From: Patescibacteria group bacterium
GTDB taxonomy: Bacteria; Patescibacteriota; Minisyncoccia; 2-02-FULL-40-12
Direction of reading: 5' to 3'
NCBI GenBank assembly: GCA_038063995.1
Contig: JBBTUA010000007.1
Coordinates: forward strand, 5,219-69,218
DNA length: 64,000 nt
Shown here in pieces: positions 56,445-64,000 of the stretch. Numbering within the stretch: the first letter of the stretch is position 1; every line of letters starts with the position of its first letter. A program made the translations under genes and the position numbers. Below the pieces are notes generated by a model that did no database searches, was not told the DNA's origin, and saw nothing but the letters and a program-made list of their open reading frames with translations.

Positions 56445-56786
56445 ATGTCCAGATCACTCAAAAAAGGCCCATATGTTGATCCAAAACTGATGAAGAAAAT
56501 CAGCCGTCTTAAGCAAGGAGATAAAGCAGTTATTAAAACCTGGTCCAGAGATTCTACTATTGTTCCTGAAATGGTTGGTTTCACTTTCGGAGTGCATAAC
56601 GGCAAAATTCATATTCCTGTTTTCATTACCGAGGAGATGGTCGGGCATAAATTGGGAGAATTCAGTTTGACCAGAAAATTCGTGAGGCACGGAGGAAAGA
56701 TGCAGAGAGAGATTGAGGCCCAAGCCAAATTAAGGGAAATAGAGGCGGCTAAAGCTGCAAAGGCCACCGAAGAAATTAAAAAATGA
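56445..56786 (+). CDS. rpsS: 30S ribosomal protein S19
   Basis: [21 protein letters not shown]. Confidence 0.96.
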   Translation: MSRSLKKGPYVDPKLMKKISRLKQGDKAVIKTWSRDSTIVPEMVGFTFGVHNGKIHIPVFITEEMVGHKLGEFSLTRKFVRHGGKMQREIEAQAKLREIEAAKAAKATEEIKK

Positions 56787-56824
56787 TGTTTAAATATTTA
56801 AATGTTTAAATATATAAATTATAT

Positions 56825-57376
56825 ATGCCGCAAATTACCGCAAAACTTAATTATTTGAGAATCGCTCCCCGAAAAGTAAGGGCTGTGGTTGATTTGATCA
56901 AGGGCTTGGATGTTGATTTGGCTGAAGCTCAGTTGAGGTATCTGACAAGACGGCCAGCCAAACCTTTGCTTAAACTTTTGAATTCTGCCGTGGCTAACGC
57001 CCGCCAGAACGCCGGGCTCAATAAGAATCATCTTTACATTAAAGAGATTACCGTAGATGAAGGGATGAAATTGAAAAGGTATAAACCAAAGGGTTTCAGT
57101 CTTATTATGCCGATTCAGAAAAAAACATCTCATATAAGAATAGTTTTGGACGAGCTTTCTGAAGAAACAAAGAAAAAGAAAGACGAGCTTATAGCCAAAA
57201 TGCCGAAATTAGAAGCAGTTAAAGAAAAACCAGCGGATTTGAAAGTTGAAAAAGAAGCAAAAGCCGAAAAACCGAGATTTGGAAAAGAAAAACAAATTCC
57301 AAGTACGCAAAAGAAAAGCAGGTTCGGCGAGATAAAGACTTTAGGTCGGAGGATTTTTAGAAGAAAAGCGGTATGA
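56825..57376 (+). CDS. rplV: 50S ribosomal protein L22 with basic C-terminal extension
   Basis: RIAPRKVR, LNSAVANA, TSHI. Confidence 0.94.
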   Translation: MPQITAKLNYLRIAPRKVRAVVDLIKGLDVDLAEAQLRYLTRRPAKPLLKLLNSAVANARQNAGLNKNHLYIKEITVDEGMKLKRYKPKGFSLIMPIQKKTSHIRIVLDELSEETKKKKDELIAKMPKLEAVKEKPADLKVEKEAKAEKPRFGKEKQIPSTQKKSRFGEIKTLGRRIFRRKAV

Positions 57377-57469
57377 AATAATGAATAGCTCTCCTTCGCT
57401 AAAGCTTCGGAGGAGCACTTCTTCGCTAGAAGAAATGCTTGCACTTCGAAGCTCCGAAGGAGCGAAGAA

Positions 57470-58099
57470 GTGGGACAAAAAACTTCACCAATTTCAATGA
57501 GAATAGGTTTTACCCAGGATTGGCGCTCCCGGTATTTTTCCGAACGCGAAATGATCAAGTACCTTAAAGAGGATGTAAAGATCCGCCAGTTTTTGGAGAA
57601 GAAATTAAGATTTATGAATGTAGATCGGATTGAGATCGAGAGAACCGCCGGCCAGCTGAAAGTCATTATTTTCACCTCGCGGCCCGGTTTGATTATCGGC
57701 CGGGCAGGAAGCGGAAGCGAAGAGCTTAAAAAAGAAATTGACAAGCTTATCAAAAGCTCTGTTCCTGTAAGGATTGAAATTCAGGAATATAGAAATTCTG
57801 AAAGTTCTGCGGCTATTATGGCTGAACAGATTATTGAGAGAATCGAAAAAAGAGTGCCTTTCCGCAGGGTAATAAAACAGGCATTGTCGAAAATAATCTC
57901 TAACCGGGAGGTAAAAGGGGCAAAGATCGAAATTAAAGGCCGTTTGGACGGAGCCGAGATAGCCAGAACCGAGCATTTAGAGCAGGGTTTGATGCCTCTT
58001 CAGAAATTGACCGCTGATATCGATTTTGCTAAAAATACTGCTTACACCACCTATGGAACAGTAGGGGTGAAGGTATGGATATACAAAAGGAATATTTAA
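57470..58099 (+). CDS. rpsC: 30S ribosomal protein S3 (GTG start)
   Basis: GQKTSP, RPGLIIGR, GRLDGAEIAR, GVKVWI. Confidence 0.94.
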   Translation: MGQKTSPISMRIGFTQDWRSRYFSEREMIKYLKEDVKIRQFLEKKLRFMNVDRIEIERTAGQLKVIIFTSRPGLIIGRAGSGSEELKKEIDKLIKSSVPVRIEIQEYRNSESSAAIMAEQIIERIEKRVPFRRVIKQALSKIISNREVKGAKIEIKGRLDGAEIARTEHLEQGLMPLQKLTADIDFAKNTAYTTYGTVGVKVWIYKRNI

Positions 58100-58151
58100 A
58101 CAAAAATATATTTAAATGTTTAAATATTAAAAGTATTTAAATATATTCATT

Positions 58152-58559
58152 ATGGCTATTCAACCAAGAAGAATAAAACATCCAAAAGTTCATAAAGGCC
58201 GGCTTAAAAAATTTGCAAGCCGCGGTTTGAATCTGGCTTTCGGTTCTTTCGGTTTAAAGTCATTGGAATCAAGCTGGGTGAAAGTTAATCAGATTGAAGC
58301 GGCCCGCAGGACGCTTTTAAGATATCTTCAAAAGGGCGGAAAGATATGGATCAGAGTTTTTCCGGATAAACCGAGAACCGCAAGAAGTCCGGAGCTTGGA
58401 ATGGGAGGCGGAGCCGGCGCATTAAGCCATTTTGTCGCTCCAGTCGAAGCAGGCAGAATTTTGTTCGAGTTGGACGGCATTCCGGAAGAGACCGCCAAAG
58501 AAGCCCTGGAATTGGCCAGTCATAAATTGCCGGTTAAAACAAGATTTATTAAACGATGA
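58152..58559 (+). CDS. rplP: 50S ribosomal protein L16
   Basis: [21 protein letters not shown]. Confidence 0.95.
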   Translation: MAIQPRRIKHPKVHKGRLKKFASRGLNLAFGSFGLKSLESSWVKVNQIEAARRTLLRYLQKGGKIWIRVFPDKPRTARSPELGMGGGAGALSHFVAPVEAGRILFELDGIPEETAKEALELASHKLPVKTRFIKR

Positions 58560-58789
58560 TTAAGAGAAAATTAAAAGGATTAGTTGTTTCTGACAAAATG
58601 GATAAGACCATTGTTGTTTCAATTATCCGTTTGAAGAAGCACCCGAAATACAAAAAATATTTCAAGGTGACAAAAAGATTCAAGGCTCACGATCAAAATA
58701 ATGAGTATCACATCGGAGACAAAGTTTTAGTCGAAGAAACAAGGCCGATTTCAAAAGAGAAGAGATGGAAAGTAATAGGAAAAGTTTAA
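58556..58789 (+). CDS. rpsQ: 30S ribosomal protein S17
   Basis: [22 protein letters not shown]. Confidence 0.95.
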   Translation: MIKRKLKGLVVSDKMDKTIVVSIIRLKKHPKYKKYFKVTKRFKAHDQNNEYHIGDKVLVEETRPISKEKRWKVIGKV

Positions 58790-58830
58790 ATGAGAATATT
58801 TAAATATTTAGACATTTAAATGTATTCGGC

Positions 58831-59196
58831 ATGATTCAATTGAGAAGCATCATATCAGTAGCAGATAATTCGGGCGCCAAAATAATAGGCGTGATTAGGG
58901 TTTTAAAAGGGCATAAAGGGAAATACGGGGAAATCGGAGACATTGTGGTCGGTTCAGTTAAAGAGGCTGAACCGAGAAAAGCAATTAAGAAAAAAGATAT
59001 AGTTCACGCTTTGATCGTAAGACAGAGAAAGCCGTTAAGAAGAAAAGACGGCTCATATGTCAGATTTGACGATAACGCCGTAGTCATAATAGAAGGCAAA
59101 GAGCCGAAAGCAACGAGAATTTTCGGGCCTATCGCCAGAGAGGTTAAGGAAAGAGGTTTTAGTACGATTGCTTCAATGGCCGAGGAACTTGTTTGA
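58831..59196 (+). CDS. rplN: 50S ribosomal protein L14
   Basis: VADNSGAK, FDDNAVV, RIFGP. Confidence 0.96.
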   Translation: MIQLRSIISVADNSGAKIIGVIRVLKGHKGKYGEIGDIVVGSVKEAEPRKAIKKKDIVHALIVRQRKPLRRKDGSYVRFDDNAVVIIEGKEPKATRIFGPIAREVKERGFSTIASMAEELV

Positions 59197-59212
59197 GTTT
59201 AAATATTTAAAT

Positions 59213-59518
59213 ATGAAGATTAGAGCAGGCGACACAATAATAATGATTACTGGAAAAGACCGGGGCAAAACCGGCAAAATTTTACGTTCTTTTCCCCAAG
59301 AAAATAAAGTTGTTGTGGAAGGGTTGAATTTAGTTAAAAAACATCAAAGGCCGCGCCGCCAGGGGCAGAAAGGCGAAATTATATCATTGCCTAGTTCAGT
59401 TGGTATTTCAAAAGTTATGCTTGTCTGCCAGCATTGCAAAAAGCCTTCCCGTATGGGCTTAAAGCATCAAGATGGGAAAAAAATAAGAGTTTGCAAAAGA
59501 TGTAAAGGAGAAAACTGA
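59213..59518 (+). CDS. rplX: 50S ribosomal protein L24
   Basis: GKDRGKTGK, VEGLNLVKKH. Confidence 0.94.
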   Translation: MKIRAGDTIIMITGKDRGKTGKILRSFPQENKVVVEGLNLVKKHQRPRRQGQKGEIISLPSSVGISKVMLVCQHCKKPSRMGLKHQDGKKIRVCKRCKGEN

Positions 59519-59537
59519 AAATATTAAACATTTAAAT

Positions 59538-60086
59538 ATGTCAAGATTACTTCAAAATTATAAAGAAAAAACAGCCCCTGCTATGCAGGCTAAATTTGGG
59601 TATAAAAATATAATGGCTGTGCCCAGAATTTCAAAAGTCGTAATCAACGTGGGTTCCGGCAAAGCAGATTCTGATCCAAAATTGAAGGATAGAATTCAGA
59701 AAGATTTAGCTGCCGTTACCGGCCAACGGCCGGCTATAAAAAAAGCGAGGAAGTCAATTTCCGGATTCAAGGTCCGAGAGGGAATGATTGTCGGTTTAAC
59801 TTCTACATTGAGAGGAAAAAGAATGTATGATTTTTTGGAGCGGTTGATATCTATCGCTTTACCAAGATCGCGCGATTTTCGTGGAATCAGCACCAAATCA
59901 TTTGACCATAAAGGAAGCTTGAACATCGGATTAAGGGAGCAGATAATTTTTCCCGAAGTGTCTTATGAATCATCAAAGGATATTTTTTCTTTTCAGATTA
60001 CCGTCGCCACTACAGCCAAAACCAAACAAGAAGGAATCGAGCTTTTAAAATTTATGGGATTTCCGCTTACAGAAGCAAAAATCTGA
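59538..60086 (+). CDS. rplE: 50S ribosomal protein L5
   Basis: TLRGKRMYDFL, LPRSRDFRG, EQIIFPE. Confidence 0.96.
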   Translation: MSRLLQNYKEKTAPAMQAKFGYKNIMAVPRISKVVINVGSGKADSDPKLKDRIQKDLAAVTGQRPAIKKARKSISGFKVREGMIVGLTSTLRGKRMYDFLERLISIALPRSRDFRGISTKSFDHKGSLNIGLREQIIFPEVSYESSKDIFSFQITVATTAKTKQEGIELLKFMGFPLTEAKI

Positions 60087-60116
60087 TATTTCGAAATTCC
60101 GATATATCTAAATCGT

Positions 60117-60302
60117 ATGGTTAAAAAATCATTATTTGCCAGATTAGAAAAACCGAGAAAGTATAAAATCCGAACAAGGAATCATTGTTTTATTTGCGGA
60201 AGAACCAAAGGCTATATGAGAAAGTTCGGATTATGCAGAATACATTTTCGGGAATTGGCGTCAAGAGGTGAAATTCCGGGAGTAAAAAAATCATCATGGT
60301 AA
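60117..60302 (+). CDS. rpsN: 30S ribosomal protein S14, short zinc-ribbon type
   Basis: CFICGR...[10 protein letters not shown]...PGVKKSSW. Confidence 0.94.
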   Translation: MVKKSLFARLEKPRKYKIRTRNHCFICGRTKGYMRKFGLCRIHFRELASRGEIPGVKKSSW

Positions 60303-60342
60303 TAATGACGTTTAAATATTTAAATATTTAAATATATTCGAT

Positions 60343-60744
60343 ATGGATACAATTTCAGACTTTTTCATCAGAATAAAAAATGCTTACCTGGCTAAAAAAG
60401 ACCGGGTGGTTATTCCTTTTTCAAGAATGAAATATCAGTTAGCCGAGATTTTAGAAAAAAAAGGTTTTATTTCCGCTGTAAGGAAAAAGAAAAGAATAAA
60501 GAAAAACGGATATGGCGAGATTCTGCTTGATTTGAAGTTGAAATATGACCATAATGAATCGCCCCTTAATGATATAAAGCTTGTTTCCAGGCCCAGCCGA
60601 AGGATTTATTTGAAAAAAGATGAAATTAAACCAGTGAGAGACGGGTATGGAATATTAATAATTTCAACCTCTCGGGGTATTATGACCGGCGAAGAGGCTA
60701 AAGAACTGGGCCTTGGCGGCCAGGCCATCGCCGAGGTATGGTAA
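60343..60744 (+). CDS. rpsH: 30S ribosomal protein S8
   Basis: DTISDFFIRIKNA, SRPSRRIY, STSRGIM. Confidence 0.95.
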   Translation: MDTISDFFIRIKNAYLAKKDRVVIPFSRMKYQLAEILEKKGFISAVRKKKRIKKNGYGEILLDLKLKYDHNESPLNDIKLVSRPSRRIYLKKDEIKPVRDGYGILIISTSRGIMTGEEAKELGLGGQAIAEVW

Positions 60745-60776
60745 TTACAACATTTAAACATTTAAATATATTAAGT

Positions 60777-61340
60777 ATGTCACGGATCGGAAAACAGCCA
60801 ATTAAAATTCTGCCAGACACTCAAGTTAAAATTGAAGGCGGTTTTATCTATGTAAAAGGGCCTAAGGGTGAGATGGTCAAGCCGATAAATAAATCGGTTA
60901 ATGTCGAGATCGCGGAAGGAGAAATACGGGTTAGTCCGAAAAGCACTTCTAAAGAAGCAAGGGCTCTTTGGGGCACTTATCGCGCTTTGATAAATAATAT
61001 GATAAAGGGAGCAAAGGATGGTTTCGAAAAGGTTTTAGTTTATGAAGGAATCGGATTCAAATCAGAAGTAAAGCAGGATTCATCGGCTGAATCGGGAAAA
61101 GTTATTCAGCTTAACGTCGGTTTTACTCATCCGGTAATAGTTCCGGCGCCTAAAGGCATTGATTTTAAAACAGAGAAAAACCAGATAACGGTTTCTGGCG
61201 CGGATAAAGAACTGGTTGGCCAGACAGCCGCGAATATTAGAAAAGTTAAGCCGCCAGAGCCTTATAAGGGCAAGGGAATCAGGTATAAAGATGAAGTGAT
61301 ATTAAGAAAAGCCGGTAAAAAAGCAGTGACCACTGGATAG
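60777..61340 (+). CDS. rplF: 50S ribosomal protein L6
   Basis: MSRIGKQPI, PEPYKGKGIRY; start ATG 60777. Confidence 0.96.
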   Translation: MSRIGKQPIKILPDTQVKIEGGFIYVKGPKGEMVKPINKSVNVEIAEGEIRVSPKSTSKEARALWGTYRALINNMIKGAKDGFEKVLVYEGIGFKSEVKQDSSAESGKVIQLNVGFTHPVIVPAPKGIDFKTEKNQITVSGADKELVGQTAANIRKVKPPEPYKGKGIRYKDEVILRKAGKKAVTTG

Positions 61341-61395
61341 AATATAGAACACAGAATATAGAATCTGATTCTATATTCTAAATTCTACATTCCAA

Positions 61396-61722
61396 ATGGA
61401 TAGCAAAACAAAACGGGAAAAAAGAATAATAAGACATAAACGCGTAAGAGCTGTTATTAAAGGAACGGCAGCGCGGCCGAGGCTTTCTGTTTTCCGTTCA
61501 AACAAACACATTTATGCCCAGTTGATTGATGATACAAAAGGAATAACTTTGCTTAGCTCTAGCGATAAAAAATCGACTGCTTTAAAAATAGGAGAAGATT
61601 TGGCAAAGAAAGCGGTTGAAAAAGGAATAAAAGAGGTCGTTTTTGACCGAGGCGGCTATAAATATCATGGCCGAGTCAAGGATATTGCTGAAGGAGCAAG
61701 AAGCGGCGGTCTAAAATTATGA
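61396..61722 (+). CDS. rplR: 50S ribosomal protein L18
   Basis: [27 protein letters not shown]. Confidence 0.96.
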   Translation: MDSKTKREKRIIRHKRVRAVIKGTAARPRLSVFRSNKHIYAQLIDDTKGITLLSSSDKKSTALKIGEDLAKKAVEKGIKEVVFDRGGYKYHGRVKDIAEGARSGGLKL

Positions 61723-62255
61723 ATAAAGAAAATCCTATTGTAAATACTTCCAGCCCGGTTTTAGAAGGAGCCAAATCGGAAAAAGAAATTATTGCCCGGT
61801 TGGATAATAGAGAGGTTCAAGAGTATGAGCAGAAAGTTTTAGATATTGCCAGAGTGACCAGAGTCACGAAAGGAGGAAAGAGATTTACTTTCCGGGCGGC
61901 CATTATTATTGGCAATAAGGCCGGAAAAGTCGGATTTGGAATCGGAAAAGGCGCTGATGTGGCTCAATCAGTTGAAAAAGCCTTTAAGCAGGCAAAAAAG
62001 CATTTGATCAATGTGATCTTTAAAGATACAAGCATTCCTCATAGAATCGAAGCAAAAATGAATAGCGCCGTGGTATTTTTAAAGCCCGCGCCTCGCGGAA
62101 GCGGAGTAAGGGCCGGCGGGCCGATGAGAGTTATTGCGAAACTGGCCGGCATAGAAGATATCAGCGGAAAAATAATTTCCAAAACAAACAACAAAATAAA
62201 TATCGCTAAAGCGACAATAGAAGCGTTGAAGAAGTTAAGAGTTAAAAGTTCATAA
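61719..62255 (+). CDS. rpsE: 30S ribosomal protein S5
   Basis: [24 protein letters not shown]. Confidence 0.95.
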   Translation: MNKENPIVNTSSPVLEGAKSEKEIIARLDNREVQEYEQKVLDIARVTRVTKGGKRFTFRAAIIIGNKAGKVGFGIGKGADVAQSVEKAFKQAKKHLINVIFKDTSIPHRIEAKMNSAVVFLKPAPRGSGVRAGGPMRVIAKLAGIEDISGKIISKTNNKINIAKATIEALKKLRVKSS

Positions 62256-62303
62256 AGTTTGTAAAGTTATAAAGTTTTTACTTTATGAACTTGTAACTAA
62301 ATT

Positions 62304-62753
62304 ATGCAATTACACGAAATAAAACCTTCAATCAAAAGAAAAAATAAAAAGCGCGTCGGCCGGGGAGGAAAGCGCGGAACTTATTCGGGCAAGGGTTTGA
62401 AAGGCCAGAAATCCCGCGCCGGAGCCGGAATAAAGCCGGGTTTTCGGGGAGGAGACACGCCGCTTTGGAAAAAATTCCACAAATCCCGAGGCGCCACGAA
62501 AAAGCTTGAAATAAAAAAGCTCGGTTTTCAGCTTAGAAATCCGAAACCCGCGATAGTGAATCTCAAAGATTTAAATAAAAGATTTGCCGACGGCGAAGTG
62601 GTTTCGCCAAAAACCTTGTTTGAGAAAAAACTGGTGAAAAGCACAAGAAGGGGAGTTAAGATATTGGGGAAAGGAGAACTTCGCAAAAAGCTGGTTTTTA
62701 AAAATGTTCTAATGTCCCAATCAGCTAAAGAAAGATTAAAGAATGACAGATAA
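62304..62753 (+). CDS. rplO: 50S ribosomal protein L15
   Basis: RVGRGGKRGTYSGKGLKGQKSR, VKILGKG. Confidence 0.95.
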   Translation: MQLHEIKPSIKRKNKKRVGRGGKRGTYSGKGLKGQKSRAGAGIKPGFRGGDTPLWKKFHKSRGATKKLEIKKLGFQLRNPKPAIVNLKDLNKRFADGEVVSPKTLFEKKLVKSTRRGVKILGKGELRKKLVFKNVLMSQSAKERLKNDR

Positions 62754-64000
62754 ATTTTTAAAGTTATTCAAAATTCCTGATTTGAGAAAAAGATTAATTT
62801 TTATAGTTGCCCTTCTTGTTGTTTTTCGAATAGCCGCCGCAATTCCTATTCCCGGAATCGATACTTCAAGGCTTGCCCAGTTTTTTAGCCAGAACCAGCT
62901 TTTCGGCTTGATCAGCCTTTTTACCGGAGGAGGGCTTGAAACTCTTTCGATCGTTATGCTTGGAGTCGGCCCTTACATTACCGCTTCGATCATTATGCAG
63001 CTTTTAACAATGATTTTCCCCCAGCTTGAGCAAATGTATAAATACGAAGGCGAAGCCGGAAGGCAGAAATTTAACCAGTATTCCAGGCTTTTAACTTTTC
63101 CTTTGGCTTTTTTGCAGGGGTTCGGTTTTTTGACATTGCTTTCGCGGCAAGGCGTCATCGGCGTTTTGTCTTTAAACCAGTGGTTTATCTCTTTGCTGGT
63201 GGTTACTAGCGGAACTATATTTGTAATGTGGCTTGGCGAGTTGATTTCGGAAAAAAATCTTGGCAATGGAATCTCCCTTCTTATTTTTGCCGGCATTGTC
63301 GCTCAAGGGCCCCAGGCAATCAGACAGCTTTATTTCGGCTATGACCCAAGCCAGCTTTTTACTTACATCGGTTATTTCATTTTAGCCCTTGTGATCATAG
63401 GCGGAGTGGTTTATATCACCGAGGCCCAGCGCCAGATTCCGATAAATTACGCTAAAAGAGTCAGAGGTTTTAAAATGTACGGCGGAGTCTCGACTTACCT
63501 GCCGCTTCGGGTGAATCAAGCCGGCGTCATACCAATTATTTTTGCTTTATCGATTCTTCTTTTCCCCGGCATGGTGGCTAATTTCTTTGTCGGCTCGAAT
63601 ATTGCTTTCCTTTCCAATCTGGCCAGAAGCTTTAATATTTTTTTGAATAATCAGTTGATCTACGGATTATTGTATTTTGTTTTGGTTGTCGGATTCACTT
63701 ATTTTTACACGGCGGTTACTTTTGATCCGAAATCAATTTCGGAGAATATTCAGAAACAGGGCGGTTATATTCCCGGCATCAGGCCTGGACCTTCCACTGC
63801 CCAATTTTTAACCCATCTGCTTAACCGGATTACTCTTGTGGGAGCGGTATTTCTCGGTTTGATAGCGGTTTTGCCTTCTCTTGTTCAGGTTTTCACGGGC
63901 ATCACCGCTTTTACTCTCGGCGGCACTTCGCTTTTGATTTTGGTTTCCGTGGCCCTGGAAATGATGAAGCAGATCGAAGGCCAGCTCTCGATGTATGAAT
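62743..64000 (+). CDS. secY: preprotein translocase SecY (runs off window end; absent from ORF track)
   Basis: ATG 62743 MTDKFLKLFKIPDLRKR..., LGVGPYITASIIMQLL, GNGISLLIF, IPGIRPG, GGTSLLILV. Confidence 0.95.
   Translation, partial: MTDKFLKLFKIPDLRKRLIFIVALLVVFRIAAAIPIPGIDTSRLAQFFSQNQLFGLISLFTGGGLETLSIVMLGVGPYITASIIMQLLTMIFPQLEQMYKYEGEAGRQKFNQYSRLLTFPLAFLQGFGFLTLLSRQGVIGVLSLNQWFISLLVVTSGTIFVMWLGELISEKNLGNGISLLIFAGIVAQGPQAIRQLYFGYDPSQLFTYIGYFILALVIIGGVVYITEAQRQIPINYAKRVRGFKMYGGVSTYLPLRVNQAGVIPIIFALSILLFPGMVANFFVGSNIAFLSNLARSFNIFLNNQLIYGLLYFVLVVGFTYFYTAVTFDPKSISENIQKQGGYIPGIRPGPSTAQFLTHLLNRITLVGAVFLGLIAVLPSLVQVFTGITAFTLGGTSLLILVSVALEMMKQIEGQLSMYE

Noticed and set aside
60117-60302. S14 with the fourth zinc ligand as His
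   Set aside because: Cys3His can still bind zinc; a minor variant
49458-61398. CRISPR array
   Set aside because: Repeats are 7-8 nt tandem units without spacers and no cas genes are present
62255-62304. Missing L30 (rpmD) as a novelty
   Set aside because: Real, but an established CPR trait; used only as a lineage clue

Overview
This window looks like chromosomal DNA from a Patescibacteria (CPR, probably Parcubacteria) genome using genetic code 11. The lineage is inferred from the absence of L30 in the spc operon, a tandem VirB2/TrbC-like pilin array, an IleS with an inserted histidine-phosphatase domain, a shortened L3 and mostly SD-less starts. It is mainly translation housekeeping: six aminoacyl-tRNA synthetases, tsaD/tsaC, smpB-tmRNA, four tRNAs, and the str-S10-spc operons up to a partial secY. 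Three mobile or repeat systems overlay this. (1) Two separate, decayed diversity-generating retroelement (DGR) loci. DGR1 (37.1-38.9 kb) has target, hairpin, TR, an antisense avd stub and the RT C-terminal half. DGR2 (47.0-48.5 kb) has a pseudogenised target, hairpin, TR stub and RT N-terminal part. (2) A dispersed short-hairpin family (core TTCGC-TAAAG-CTWCG) clustered around a GIY-YIG nuclease in a 15-bp-direct-repeat-bounded insert at the tmRNA 3' end. Copies also sit in frame in ValS, TsaD and ArgS, one nested in another. (3) Heptamer/octamer tandem arrays that form inverted arms around a four-helix-bundle gene between rpsG and fusA, recur as gene-less arm pairs at other operon junctions, and enter coding sequences in frame. 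Coordinates were read by eye and may be off by a few bases. Family assignments are from recalled motifs; no database search was run.
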